DNA of 64,000 nt from Candidatus Heimdallarchaeota archaeon (GTDB lineage: Archaea; Asgardarchaeota; Heimdallarchaeia; Heimdallarchaeales; Heimdallarchaeaceae): assembly GCA_019057815.1 (NCBI GenBank), contig JAHLWR010000002.1, positions 160,001 to 224,000 of the forward strand, given 5' to 3'. A program made the position numbers and the translations under genes. Positions 50,510 through 61,117 of the stretch are shown here, in pieces. Position 1 is the first letter of the stretch. Each line of letters opens with the position of its first letter. The notes beneath the pieces were generated by a model. The model was not told the DNA's origin. It did not search any database and saw nothing but the letters and a program-made list of their open reading frames with translations.

Positions 50510-51394
50510 ATGTCTTCAGCTTGGAGGATGGCACACATGTATGAGATTGTCGATAAGAAGGATTTAAACGTTGAAAATATCATGTTTAAAGTTAAAGCAC
50601 CTCAAATTGCTAGTTCTTGTAAAGCAGGTCAATTTATTATAGTACGAGCAAACGAAAAAGCAGAAAGAATCCCTCTAACAATTGCAGACTGGGATTCAAA
50701 GGAGGGGTGGATACAAATCATTTTCCAGAAAGTTGGTGCTTCAACTTATGAATTAGCTGACTACAACAAAGGTGATGAATTAATGGACTTTGTTGGACCT
50801 TTAGGTCTCCCCACGCATGCAGAAGGTGCCGGTAAAACTGTAGTAATTGGTGGAGGATTGGGAATAGCTATAGCAACACCGGTTGCTCGTGCATATAAAC
50901 AAGCTGGAAATCATGTAGATGTCATTATTGGAGCAAGAAATTCAGAACTATTAATTTTAGAAAAAGAATTGGATAAGATAGCGGATAATCTGTATATTTG
51001 CACAGATGACGGATCAAAGGGAAGAGAGGGTTTTGTGACAGAACAACTTGAAGAGTTGATTAAAAGTGGAGCAAACTATAAAACATGCTTTACAGTAGGT
51101 CCTCCAATAATGATGATGTTTGTTTCAAAGATAACAGAAAAATATGATTTAAAAACAGTAGTAAGCTTGAACAGCATAATGCTAGATGGAACAGGAATGT
51201 GTGGAGCTTGTAGAGTGTCTATAGGAGGGGAAACAAAACTAGCATGTGTAGACGGTCCAGATTTTGATGGACATCTAGTTGATTGGGAAATTTTAATGCA
51301 TCGTTTAACAGCATACAAAGATGAAGAACGTGAAGCGATGGAAGAATATCAGAAGAAAAATGAATGTTGTAACGAAAAGAAGGATGGTGCATAA
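50510..51394 (+). CDS. nfnA: NfnA/SudB flavoprotein, [2Fe-2S] subunit
   Basis: ERIPLTIAD, GPLG, TDDGS, DGTGMCGACRV..CVDGPDF. Confidence 0.92.
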   Translation: MSSAWRMAHMYEIVDKKDLNVENIMFKVKAPQIASSCKAGQFIIVRANEKAERIPLTIADWDSKEGWIQIIFQKVGASTYELADYNKGDELMDFVGPLGLPTHAEGAGKTVVIGGGLGIAIATPVARAYKQAGNHVDVIIGARNSELLILEKELDKIADNLYICTDDGSKGREGFVTEQLEELIKSGANYKTCFTVGPPIMMMFVSKITEKYDLKTVVSLNSIMLDGTGMCGACRVSIGGETKLACVDGPDFDGHLVDWEILMHRLTAYKDEEREAMEEYQKKNECCNEKKDGA

Positions 51395-52858
51395 ATGGAG
51401 AAAGCAACAGAAAGACCACAAAGAAAACCAAGACCAATGATAATAAGAACAAAACTACCTATGCCAACACAGCACCCAGAAGATAGAGCTAAGAATTTTG
51501 ATGAGGTACCATATGGCTATAACGAGGCTGAAGCAATGTTTGAGGCACAAAGATGCCTACAGTGTAAAAATCAACCATGTGTGAAGGGTTGCCCAGTTGA
51601 AGTTCCTATCAGAGACTTCATTATTTTAATTACTGAGCGCAAATTTATGGAAGCAGCAGCACTTATTAAAACTAAAAATGGTCTTCCAGCTATTACTGGT
51701 CGTGTTTGTCCCCAAGAGACTCAATGTGAAGCTCGTTGTACTCTCGGCAGACGTTATGAATCTGTTGCAATTGGCTATCTTGAGCGTTTCGTTGCAGACT
51801 ATGCACGAGATCACGGCGAAGAAGTTGCTGAAATTCCTCTCAAGACTGGTAAAAAAGTTGCTATTGTTGGTGCGGGTCCAGCAGGTTTGACTTGTGCGAG
51901 TGATCTTGCTCTTATGGGGCATGACATCAGCATTTTTGAAGCTCTTCACAAACCTGGTGGTGTTTTAGTTTATGGTATCCCCGAGTTTCGTTTACCAAAA
52001 GATATTGTCAAGTATGAAATTGATTATGTTAAAAAATTGGGTGTCGAGTTAAACACCAATTTCATTGTTGGGCGTAATAAAACAGTTGGAGAGCTTTTAA
52101 AGGAATATGATGCTGTTTTTATTGGTTCTGGCGCAGGAGGTCCTCGTTTATTAAAACTTCCAGGCATCAATTTAGTCAATGTTTATAGTGCTAATGAATA
52201 TTTAACGCGGGTAAATTTAATGAAAGCTTACCTCTTTCCCGACTATAAAACCCCAGTTAAAATAGGTAAAAATGTTGTTACGATTGGCGCGGGTAATGTT
52301 GCAATGGATTCTGCTCGTACTGCTAAGCGTTTAGGTGCTGAAAACTCTATTATTATCTATCGTCGTAGCCGTAAAGAATGTCCTGCTCGTGCTGAAGAGG
52401 TTCATCATGCAGAGGAGGAAGAAATTGAATTTAAGTTTCTTACAAATCCTGTTCGAATCATTGGAGACGAGTTGAGCAAGGTTAAAGCAGTAGAGTGCTT
52501 GGAATATGAGCTTGGCGAGCCAGATGAAAGTGGTCGTGCTAAACCTATACCTATCCCAGGTTCTGAGCATTTAATTGAATGTGATGTTGTCATTATTGCC
52601 GTTGGAAATGATCCTAATCCCTTAATTCCAATGACCACTCCAGAGCTTGAAACAACTAAATGGGGGACTATTGTCACTGAAACAGCTACTGGTAAAACAA
52701 GTATGAAGCAAGTTTATGCTGGTGGTGACATTAGTACAGGAGCTGCTACAGTCATTGCAGCTATGGGAGCAGGAAAGATTGCTGCTAAGAGCATTCACAA
52801 AGAGATAATGGCTATTAGTGATGATGATGAAAAAGTTAGCTTAGCTCAAGGTACTTGA
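51395..52858 (+). CDS. nfnB: NfnB/SudA (GltD-like) electron-bifurcating subunit
   Basis: RCLQC..CVKGCP, GRVCPQETQCE, GAGPAG, GAGNVAMD, GAATVI. Confidence 0.92.
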   Translation: MEKATERPQRKPRPMIIRTKLPMPTQHPEDRAKNFDEVPYGYNEAEAMFEAQRCLQCKNQPCVKGCPVEVPIRDFIILITERKFMEAAALIKTKNGLPAITGRVCPQETQCEARCTLGRRYESVAIGYLERFVADYARDHGEEVAEIPLKTGKKVAIVGAGPAGLTCASDLALMGHDISIFEALHKPGGVLVYGIPEFRLPKDIVKYEIDYVKKLGVELNTNFIVGRNKTVGELLKEYDAVFIGSGAGGPRLLKLPGINLVNVYSANEYLTRVNLMKAYLFPDYKTPVKIGKNVVTIGAGNVAMDSARTAKRLGAENSIIIYRRSRKECPARAEEVHHAEEEEIEFKFLTNPVRIIGDELSKVKAVECLEYELGEPDESGRAKPIPIPGSEHLIECDVVIIAVGNDPNPLIPMTTPELETTKWGTIVTETATGKTSMKQVYAGGDISTGAATVIAAMGAGKIAAKSIHKEIMAISDDDEKVSLAQGT

Positions 52859-53019
52859 AAAACAGCAGGATAAATACAGTTGATTCTTTTTACGCTTTTA
52901 TCCTCAGGATATAATTTCTTGAAAAAGCTAAAGTCTATCTGACGAAACATGCTAATTATTATTTGAAATTGTCATTATTATTTCTTAGTCTAAATTATTA
53001 TTTTTTCTTCTAGAACCAC

Positions 53020-53502
53020 TTATATGTGCTTAATCATCACATATGCGTCTGTATTATCTTCGTAATATTTTCGTATCTTAGAATCGATATGGAATCCTTC
53101 TTCTTCATAAAGCTGAATAGCTCCAGCATTATCAACTTTAACTTCTAATTTTACACTTGTGTATGCAAACTTCTTACAGCTATCAATGAAATGTCTAAGC
53201 AATTTTCTCCCATATCCCTTTCCTCTTACATCTTCTTCTATTGCTATGGATAATATATGGGATTGTCTAGGTAATGAGGTATATCCCCCTAGAATAAATC
53301 CAACGATTTCATCGCTATCAAGAACAACGAAACATAGTTCAGGTGCTCCAAGATATAGATTTGTGATTAAAGTTCTTCCGAAAGGAATTTTGAAGCTCCT
53401 TCTTTCAACATCAAAAACATCATCCATATCATTTTCAAACATATGTCTAATCGTAATCACATGTGACCCTTCGTTCTGATATTTTAATGCCCCAAAGCCC
53501 AA
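53020..53502 (-). CDS. RimI/Ard1-type N-acetyltransferase
   Basis: HILSIAI, RGKGYG, LEVKVDN, YYED. Confidence 0.9.
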   Translation of the reverse strand: MGFGALKYQNEGSHVITIRHMFENDMDDVFDVERRSFKIPFGRTLITNLYLGAPELCFVVLDSDEIVGFILGGYTSLPRQSHILSIAIEEDVRGKGYGRKLLRHFIDSCKKFAYTSVKLEVKVDNAGAIQLYEEEGFHIDSKIRKYYEDNTDAYVMIKHI

Positions 53503-53720
53503 TAATGAGTTTAGGATTTAGCTTTTACTTTTATCTATTAATCTAGTAAAAAATAAACCTTACCTTTCTCTTATTAAATTGGTCTAGTTTGAATAGAGAT
53601 AAAACATTTGTCAACAAAATCCAAGAGTAGATTAACAAGATATTACTCAGAGATAACATCCCAAATCGGTAGGATTTTATTACTATAGATAATATTGGAT
53701 ACTACAAAGAACATTCAGAG

Positions 53721-54137
53721 ATGCACATATTGAGTAAAAAAAGAGCAACAGATTATGAAAGAAAACTTGGAGAGATATTCTGGGAAAATGGTTTTGGTGT
53801 AATGAGAGCCCCCTCTTCCTCAGGAACAACTAATATTCGTCGCCCTGATCTTCTTGTTGGATCATCGAAAAAAAATCTGACTTTTGCTATTGAGGTTAAA
53901 ACATCTCGCCAAAATCAATTCTATGTAACTAAAAAACAACTATCTGGTTTACAAGAGTTTGCTTCATGTTTTGGTGCAGAACCCTATCTTGCAGTAAAAT
54001 TCGTTGGGAAACGCATGGATTTTATGTTTTTAAAGGTTCCAGATGATTTAATTTTAAGTAAGGGAGAAAGTTACAGAGTAGATATAGATATGGTTAAAGA
54101 AAAAGCAATGGAATTTTCTTCTTTAATCAATCAATAA
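53721..54137 (+). CDS. hjc: Holliday junction resolvase Hjc
   Basis: YERKL, RAPSS, PDLL, IEVK. Confidence 0.92.
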   Translation: MHILSKKRATDYERKLGEIFWENGFGVMRAPSSSGTTNIRRPDLLVGSSKKNLTFAIEVKTSRQNQFYVTKKQLSGLQEFASCFGAEPYLAVKFVGKRMDFMFLKVPDDLILSKGESYRVDIDMVKEKAMEFSSLINQ

Positions 54138-54159
54138 TACAGAAAGAAGTGAGTAAACA

Positions 54160-55251
54160 ATGAAACTGCTGAAAAAAGATTACAAGCACGGGATTATTGA
54201 ATTCATTCCGGAAACGATTGATGACCTTTATTCACTTTACCGTATTCTAAAACCTGGTGATCTATTTAGGGCTTCAACAAGCCGAAGAGTGAGAAAAAAT
54301 ACGGAAGACGGAAGGTCTGATTCTGGTGATAGAGTGAAGATGGTTTTAGAAATTAGAATTGAAGAAGTTTCTTTTGGAGGTTTTGGTGATAATCTTCGGG
54401 TTAAGGGAGTTATAGTTGCAGGAAGAGAAGATTTAGTTTCTCTAGGTTCATACCACACTATAGCATTATCAACCAAGGAAAAAGCTAGAATAACAAAAGA
54501 AAAATGGGCAACGATTGAAAAGAAAATAATAGAAGAAGCAGAAAAAAGCTCCGCATCAAGCCCAATATTAATTGTCACATTAGAAGAAGGGTCGGTTTGT
54601 ATTGCGCTAATATCTCAATACCAAATGAAAATAATAAATGAATCACGTTCAGCTATCACTAGAAAATTCAGTGATGTAAAGCAACATACTTCTACAATGG
54701 GAGTTTTCTTCCAAGATGTGCTGCAAATGATTCAAGATGCTATCTCACAATACAAAATAGATATACTCATTCTTGCTGGCCCTAGTTTCACCTCTGAAAA
54801 CTTCATGGATTTTGTGAAAAAACGTAACCAAGATATTGCAAATAAGATTCAAACTGTTCATGTTCATACAGGAGGAAGAGTTGGTCTTCATGAGGTGCTT
54901 TCAAAAAAACTACCAGAAAAAATCGCTGAAGAACAACATATAGCTAGTGAAACACGACTTTTAGATGAATTCTTCAAGAGGATAGGACAGAGTACTGGTA
55001 CCGTTGCCTATGGAGTAAAAAACGTAAAACAAGCTTTAGAAATGGGAGCCGTTGAAACCCTAATGATTAGTGATGATATGTTGAAAATAGATGATATAGC
55101 AAAAAGAGAGAGTATCGATTCATTTGTTGAACAAAATTCTCGACTTAGAGGTAAAACAGTAATAATGAGTACAATGCACGATACGGGAGAACAGCTTTCC
55201 AAATTAGGAGGTATTGCAGCTCTATTACGTTATCCTATCTCAGAATCTTGA
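54160..55251 (+). CDS. pelA: Pelota mRNA surveillance/ribosome rescue factor
   Basis: PETIDDL, GSYHT, AGPSF, LGGIAALLRY. Confidence 0.95.
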   Translation: MKLLKKDYKHGIIEFIPETIDDLYSLYRILKPGDLFRASTSRRVRKNTEDGRSDSGDRVKMVLEIRIEEVSFGGFGDNLRVKGVIVAGREDLVSLGSYHTIALSTKEKARITKEKWATIEKKIIEEAEKSSASSPILIVTLEEGSVCIALISQYQMKIINESRSAITRKFSDVKQHTSTMGVFFQDVLQMIQDAISQYKIDILILAGPSFTSENFMDFVKKRNQDIANKIQTVHVHTGGRVGLHEVLSKKLPEKIAEEQHIASETRLLDEFFKRIGQSTGTVAYGVKNVKQALEMGAVETLMISDDMLKIDDIAKRESIDSFVEQNSRLRGKTVIMSTMHDTGEQLSKLGGIAALLRYPISES

Positions 55252-56402
55252 TTTTTATTGTGAAAAATTGGATTTAGATATGTTATGAAGCCGCCATCAT
55301 ATGGATATTGATGGATAATTTCGATACTAACAATATCTCCTGTAAACTTTCGAGAAAGGCTTTTCCCAAATTTCTCTGCATATTCCCAATGGGTAGATAT
55401 TGTTTTATCTTCTTTTTTTACTTCTATAAGTTGGTCATCTATATTGTGGTCTTCTTTTAAAGCTTGCACAATAGAGGGAATAGACTGACTGTTTTCAACA
55501 TTGATTCTTGCCCGAACTATCAAACCTTCTTCTGTTATTTCATCAAATGGTTTTGCATAATTCTTAGCTCTACGAATAAATCTGTTCCTAAGTTGCACTT
55601 TGTCTTTATAACTTGAAGAGCAATAATGAAGTGGTACAGCAGATTTTCTAAATTTTTTAAGTATTTCAAGAGCAAATGTTTCGCTTCCTTTAACTGCTGC
55701 ACTAGAGTTATCCTTAACTGAAAAACCTCTTTCCCTCAAAAAATGAAAATTTGTCTCAGTGAATTCAAACTCATTTAAGTTGATAAAATCAAGACGAACT
55801 TCTGAAGCAAACGTTATAATCTCTTCCAAGGCTTCTTCATTATTTGGAATTACTGGGATTTCTATTCCCACATCCCAGTCTAGATTTTTAGCATTTTGTA
55901 TGGATTCTTTCATATTCTTTCCCAAAATAAGAAGAGGTGGATGAAAACGTATTTCATCAAGACCAGCTTGATGTAGCCTTTGCAAAGCATCCTTACTCAA
56001 TGCTTTAGAAGTATAAAGATGACAGTGAAAATCCTCCCCAAATTCTCTCTTAAAAGAAAGTATGTACCGAATAATCCTATCTAGTTTTAAAGTAGGCTCT
56101 CCTCCAGTTATACCCACACCTAAAGCAGAGATTTGTTTAGCTTCGTGAATCGCTTCCTCAACATTGAAAATTAACTGTTCATCAGCAAATTGGACATCTA
56201 GTCTCCTTTCCTTCGAAACGGGGCAGTAAAAACAGTTTGTAGAGCATTCTCCTGTAATAAAAAGAACTAGTTTGGCACCAAGCGCGCAAAATTCGCACCC
56301 TTTTGAGGGTTTACCTACTACCTTGTCTCCGTACCATTTAGCTATTTTTCCCATTTCAAGCTGAAATTCAGATTCGATAATAAAAAGAATCAGATTGAAC
56401 AT
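55230..56402 (-). CDS. Radical SAM protein (COG2108-like)
   Basis: KGCEFC, CSTNCFYC, GITGGEP, LDEIRFHP; likely start at MGKIAK. Confidence 0.88.
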   Translation of the reverse strand: MFNLILFIIESEFQLEMGKIAKWYGDKVVGKPSKGCEFCALGAKLVLFITGECSTNCFYCPVSKERRLDVQFADEQLIFNVEEAIHEAKQISALGVGITGGEPTLKLDRIIRYILSFKREFGEDFHCHLYTSKALSKDALQRLHQAGLDEIRFHPPLLILGKNMKESIQNAKNLDWDVGIEIPVIPNNEEALEEIITFASEVRLDFINLNEFEFTETNFHFLRERGFSVKDNSSAAVKGSETFALEILKKFRKSAVPLHYCSSSYKDKVQLRNRFIRRAKNYAKPFDEITEEGLIVRARINVENSQSIPSIVQALKEDHNIDDQLIEVKKEDKTISTHWEYAEKFGKSLSRKFTGDIVSIEIIHQYPYDGGFITYLNPIFHNKNQDSEIG

Positions 56403-56449
56403 CTTCGAAAGAGAGAAGCACTAACAAAACTAGTCTAATCTTTTCTATT

Positions 56450-57295
56450 TTAAAAAGGTCTCTCCTCTGACAAATCGATAATCCTATCAGATATTTCTAG
56501 CTGAATCCAGTTTAGTAAAGCAATGACTTCTTCCTCATAAAGCGCTTCATAATAGAAATAACTTACTAACCAAAAATCACTTTCTTGTTTAGCTAATTGT
56601 TTAAGATACCAACCCTCTTGTAGTTCAGAAGTATTAATCTTATTTTTTTCAAGCCTTCTGTTTTCATTTTCTGAGAGAGCAGATTTAACAAAAATTTCAC
56701 TATCAATTGAGAACGCCGTTAGTAATTCTGAGAAAAGAGCAACACTATTTTTCTCTCTTAACTCATCTCGCGAAGAGATAGCATATACTTTACCTTGATC
56801 TATATCTCCTATAAACAAGTCAACTACAAACATTTTAGCTTCTTCTTCTAAGTTTCTGAGTTTTTGTTTCAGCTGGTCTATGAAGACTTTTTCAAGTTTT
56901 TCTTCAGGGAAAATTTGAGTATATTTAGCTATTTCCTGTACTCTCTCCATAACCTCACTAGGAGGGTCAAATTTCTCATATGAGATATAGGGAGAAAGAA
57001 TTTCGAATATTTTTTGACCTCTCATCTCTAAATATTCATTGTTCTCATGTATATCAGTAAAGAATACAAAACGTAAAGGATTAGTTTCTCCAAGAGGAGA
57101 AAAGAGATAGATCTTTATTTCTTCGAGTGATGCATTTACTAGCCCTCTTTTACTTGATGTACATTCTTTTACAAAAGTATTTAACGCACAAATCATAGGC
57201 CAGATTAATTCTTGGCTAATTTGCAGGGAATCGTCGTGATAAATAGTACGACCTAAACCTATTCCAATATCCATAAAAGAAACTAAATGTATCAT
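56450..57295 (-). CDS. Longin-like domain protein (two-domain)
   Basis: MIHLVSF..G..LIWPMICALNTFVKE..LRFVFFTD pattern. Confidence 0.5.
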   Translation of the reverse strand: MIHLVSFMDIGIGLGRTIYHDDSLQISQELIWPMICALNTFVKECTSSKRGLVNASLEEIKIYLFSPLGETNPLRFVFFTDIHENNEYLEMRGQKIFEILSPYISYEKFDPPSEVMERVQEIAKYTQIFPEEKLEKVFIDQLKQKLRNLEEEAKMFVVDLFIGDIDQGKVYAISSRDELREKNSVALFSELLTAFSIDSEIFVKSALSENENRRLEKNKINTSELQEGWYLKQLAKQESDFWLVSYFYYEALYEEEVIALLNWIQLEISDRIIDLSEERPF

Positions 57296-57521
57296 TATTT
57301 AGAAATTATTCCCGCTCTTCATAAAAATATCTCTAGTTTTTATTGTGGTTTTTACTTGAATCTGATTTGTTAAACTTGAAATCTTTAGAAAAACCAAAAA
57401 AATTCTGTTTTCCGCTTTTATGGCTTTAAATAATTAGAATAACAGATATTATTTTTGTAAAGCTAAAAGAGGTCAAAAAAGACATTTTTTATATGGTTGA
57501 AATGAATAGCGATTAACATAG

Positions 57522-58724
57522 GTGATTACTATAAATACGGAGTTTCTGATTCTATTAATTATTTTTTGTGTATTCATGCTCCTTTCTGTCCTTGGTACAT
57601 GGCTTAATTTGGAGAAGTATGGCTTTTTATTCTTCCCTCTTGGATTCATTTACAAAACTGAATTTTTCAACAAAATATTAATCAAAATAGCAGATAGGGG
57701 AAAAAAACTACATGAAGTAATTTATAGATTTGGTAAAATCCTAGCTTTAGTAATTACTGGAGTGTTACTTATTTACTTCATCGTTAATCCATTTCTTTTA
57801 ATGTTCAGTTCACCATTTGGTATAGGACTTAGACTTATAATTCCTGGAGTTACTATTGATCTGAAAACTGCACTTCTCTTTATAATCCCAATAATTTTTA
57901 CTTTAATTCCTCATGAAATGGCTCATGCTATTATGGCTCGAAAAGAAGGTATAAAAATTAAATCTTCAGGTATTTTTATCTTGCTTATCCTTTTTGGGGG
58001 ATTTGTAGAACTTGCAAAAGACAGTTTGGAGAAAGCTCTTCCAAAGAAAAGAATCAAGGTTTACATGAATGGAGCCTCAATTAATGCTGTTTTTGCTGTA
58101 ATATTTTTAGGATTATATTTTTTAACACCCGCTATATCCTTAATAGGTTTCAAACAAGCAGATGGGGTTTTAGTTACAAATGTCTATGACGGATACCCAG
58201 CTGATAAGGTGGGTATTCAGAAAAAAGATGTCATAATAGGCATGGGTAAATATAATGAGAGTTTACAGGAAATTGTTTATATCCCTGTTAATAGTGTTAA
58301 AGATTACAATTTAATTATTTTACAATTTGATAATAACAGCTCTTTATATGTCCAACTTCTTCAAAAAGAGACTATAGTTGTAACACCTACAATAACCAAC
58401 CCAATTTCAGGACAAAATGTTTCAGATAAAGTATATCTAGGAATAAATATTTTCGATTACTATTCTCCAAGAGTCAAATGGTTATCGCCTATGATACCTT
58501 ATTACTTGAATATTGAAACACTATACACATTGAATCTTTGTGTAATGGCGGTTTTTGTTAATATGTTACCATTGGGGATTACTGATGGAGATAAAATATT
58601 TAGAGAATATATGAATCTGAAATCAAAGAACGAGAGTAAGAAAAGAAAAATATTATATGGTGTAAGAATCTTTTCTGCTTTAATTATAATACTAAATATT
58701 ACATTTACAATGATTAGATGGTAG
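57522..58724 (+). CDS. Site-2 protease (M50) with PDZ domain
   Basis: HEMAH, NMLPLGITDG, PDZ GYPADKVGIQKKDVI. Confidence 0.92.
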   Translation: MITINTEFLILLIIFCVFMLLSVLGTWLNLEKYGFLFFPLGFIYKTEFFNKILIKIADRGKKLHEVIYRFGKILALVITGVLLIYFIVNPFLLMFSSPFGIGLRLIIPGVTIDLKTALLFIIPIIFTLIPHEMAHAIMARKEGIKIKSSGIFILLILFGGFVELAKDSLEKALPKKRIKVYMNGASINAVFAVIFLGLYFLTPAISLIGFKQADGVLVTNVYDGYPADKVGIQKKDVIIGMGKYNESLQEIVYIPVNSVKDYNLIILQFDNNSSLYVQLLQKETIVVTPTITNPISGQNVSDKVYLGINIFDYYSPRVKWLSPMIPYYLNIETLYTLNLCVMAVFVNMLPLGITDGDKIFREYMNLKSKNESKKRKILYGVRIFSALIIILNITFTMIRW

Positions 58725-59695
58725 TAAAAATGAAATGTACATTTTGTAAACAAGATGCCGTTTATGTTAGACCTTATGATAAATCACCATTGTGTATAGT
58801 TCATTTTAACGAGAAAATCATTAGAAGAGTCCAAAAAACAATTACAAGATATAAGATGTTTGTGAGAAAAGGTAGAATCGCAGTAGGAGTTTCAGGTGGA
58901 AAAGATAGTATTGCTTTACTTGATGTTCTTACTAAAGTTGAACATAAATTCCCTGAAAGTGAAATAGTAGCTATAACAATTGATGAGGGAATAGAAGGAT
59001 ATAGAGAAGAAGGAATGAAATTTGCAAAAAAGCATGTTGAAAGATTAGATTTGGAGCATCATGTTTTTTCCTTCAAAAAAGATTTTGGTTATGATTTAGA
59101 CGAAATTATTGGAATTTTAGGGGAAAGAGGTAAAGGAAGAGAATATGGTGCTTGTAGCTACTGTGGAATATTAAGAAGAAAACTGCTTAACTTAGCTGCT
59201 AGGGAAGTAGGTGCTAATGTTATTGCTACAGGGCATAATTTAGAAGATGAAGCTGAAACAATTCTCTTAAATGTTATCAGAGGAGACACGTTACAGTTAG
59301 GTAGATTGGATCCTCATCCACGTAAAATACATGAGACTTTAATACCTAGAGCTAAACCATTTAGGCTCACTCCCCAAGCAGAAATCGTAATGTATTGTTA
59401 TATAAACGATTTAGAATACCAAGAAATTCAATGCCCTTATGCTGTTGAAGCATTCCGGGGTATAGTCAGGGATTTTATTTTTAAAACGCAAGAAAAACAG
59501 CCTATGTTGTGCTTTAGCATAGTTAGGGGACAAGACAAAATAAGACCAATTTTACAAACAGTAGAAGCGACAAAAAAACTTCAAAATTGTCAAAAATGTG
59601 GTGATGCGACAACAAATAGTCTATGTAAAGGCTGTTGGTTAAAAGAAAAAATAGAAAACATTGAGCAAATAAAAGAAGGAAGAGGAGGAACTTAA
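58718..59695 (+). CDS. tRNA 2-thiolation protein TtuA/Ncs6 family
   Basis: SGGKDS PP-loop, CSYCG, GHNLED, CPY, terminal Zn fingers. Confidence 0.92.
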   Translation: MVVKMKCTFCKQDAVYVRPYDKSPLCIVHFNEKIIRRVQKTITRYKMFVRKGRIAVGVSGGKDSIALLDVLTKVEHKFPESEIVAITIDEGIEGYREEGMKFAKKHVERLDLEHHVFSFKKDFGYDLDEIIGILGERGKGREYGACSYCGILRRKLLNLAAREVGANVIATGHNLEDEAETILLNVIRGDTLQLGRLDPHPRKIHETLIPRAKPFRLTPQAEIVMYCYINDLEYQEIQCPYAVEAFRGIVRDFIFKTQEKQPMLCFSIVRGQDKIRPILQTVEATKKLQNCQKCGDATTNSLCKGCWLKEKIENIEQIKEGRGGT

Positions 59696-60297
59696 CTTGA
59701 TTTTTGTCCGCAGTTCATGCAAAACTTGTCTTTTGATTTCAATTTCGCTCCACAGTATTCACAGAAACTAGAACTTGAGGATTTTGATTTTTGTTGTGTG
59801 TAAGGTTGGCTTGAAGGTGTGTATGGCGAGCTAGAAGGTGTGTAAGGCTGTGATGAATATCCTGAAGGAGGTCTACTTCTTCGACTAAACGATCTAATTA
59901 TACTGAAGACAATGAGAATGAATATTACAATAAAACCAATGGGGAATATAGTGAATGTGAACCAGAAGAAATCTACATCTAAGACAATCATAATGATAAC
60001 AGCAATAATAAGTGGAAACAGAAGGAAAGATAAAAATCCACAAGGTGACCTTCTATATCTTCTATGACCATACCACCCATAATGTCCTCGATAAGGTCGT
60101 CTACCATAATATCCTCTACTACCAATATAAGTTCGAGAACGAGAAGATGGTCTATGTCCTCTACTACCCGAAAAACTAGTCCTTCTTACACCACTTCCTC
60201 CTACTCTTCTAAATGACCCAGAGCTTCTGGATCTGGAACCGAATGATCGAGAACCACGCGAACCTATTGAACGAGATCTTCCACCACGAACAGGCAT
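59692..60297 (-). CDS. R/G/S-rich, 2-TM, C-terminal zinc-ribbon protein
   Basis: Low-complexity N-terminus, two hydrophobic helices, CEYCG..FCMNCG. Confidence 0.8.
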   Translation of the reverse strand: MPVRGGRSRSIGSRGSRSFGSRSRSSGSFRRVGGSGVRRTSFSGSRGHRPSSRSRTYIGSRGYYGRRPYRGHYGWYGHRRYRRSPCGFLSFLLFPLIIAVIIMIVLDVDFFWFTFTIFPIGFIVIFILIVFSIIRSFSRRSRPPSGYSSQPYTPSSSPYTPSSQPYTQQKSKSSSSSFCEYCGAKLKSKDKFCMNCGQKSS

Positions 60298-60428
60298 TCT
60301 AAGAAATTAAAGATTGAAGTTCAATATAAACTATTGCAAATATAAACATCCCTATGAGCTTACCTTGAAAGTAATAAAGCAATAAAAAAAAGAAAAACTA
60401 CTATAGTAGTTTACTGAAGTTAATTGAT

Positions 60429-60644
60429 CTATTCAGTCTTGACAGTAAATACTTTGACTAGTTGCAGTATGCAGATAACTGCTACCAAATATGCAATAAA
60501 AGCTATAGGACTCCACCAAGCACTAGTTGAGGTACCAAAGAATGCAGTGAGCATTCCGAAATCTACTGCCATGTCTAGATATCCAATTGCAAGAAATAGG
60601 CCTACTACTGTCTGAATTGCTGAGATTATTTTATATCCTGCCAT
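60429..60644 (-). CDS. Small 2-TM protein, paralog of 61360-61581
   Basis: Ungapped alignment, 41/68 identical by hand count. Confidence 0.75.
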   Translation of the reverse strand: MAGYKIISAIQTVVGLFLAIGYLDMAVDFGMLTAFFGTSTSAWWSPIAFIAYLVAVICILQLVKVFTVKTE

Positions 60645-60796
60645 GTATTGACCTTCTGATAAGTGTATAAAAATATTGTTGACATATTAGTATGTATTAT
60701 TATTTCATGTTTAACTTGATTTTATGACCATTTTAACAAATTAAAACAGCGAAAAAAATCATAAATGTTCATAAAGAAAAAAATTGTTGAAACTAA

Positions 60797-61117
60797 AACC
60801 GTTTGTAGGGACCTAAAGTTCGATTCCACATCAGAAGCCGTTTCTTACTCTTAAGCTCCACGCTGATTGCTACAAGCATCATATATTGACCTTAGCGCTG
60901 CTTACTTCCGTACCTCGCGCAGTTTGATCTTATCCTTTCTAACAGCTTCCTCCGAAGCTGCCTCTAGAATATACAATCCCATAGGTCAACGCTTCGACGC
61001 CATCCAAATAAGGCGTATCAACCTCAATGAAACCTCAGCAGTAGCATTCACCCTGGCATATAGAGCATTTCCAGTGCAGGGTAGCCCTAGCTCCCCAGCT
61101 AGTCCTAACTACCGATT
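60797..61117 (-). ncRNA. ffs: Signal recognition particle (7S) RNA
   Basis: Alu domain, helix 6 GCAGCTTC-GGAG-GAAGCTGT, helix 8 GAGG-TAC-GGAA-GTA-AGCA, terminal helix 1; ends approximate. Confidence 0.93.
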
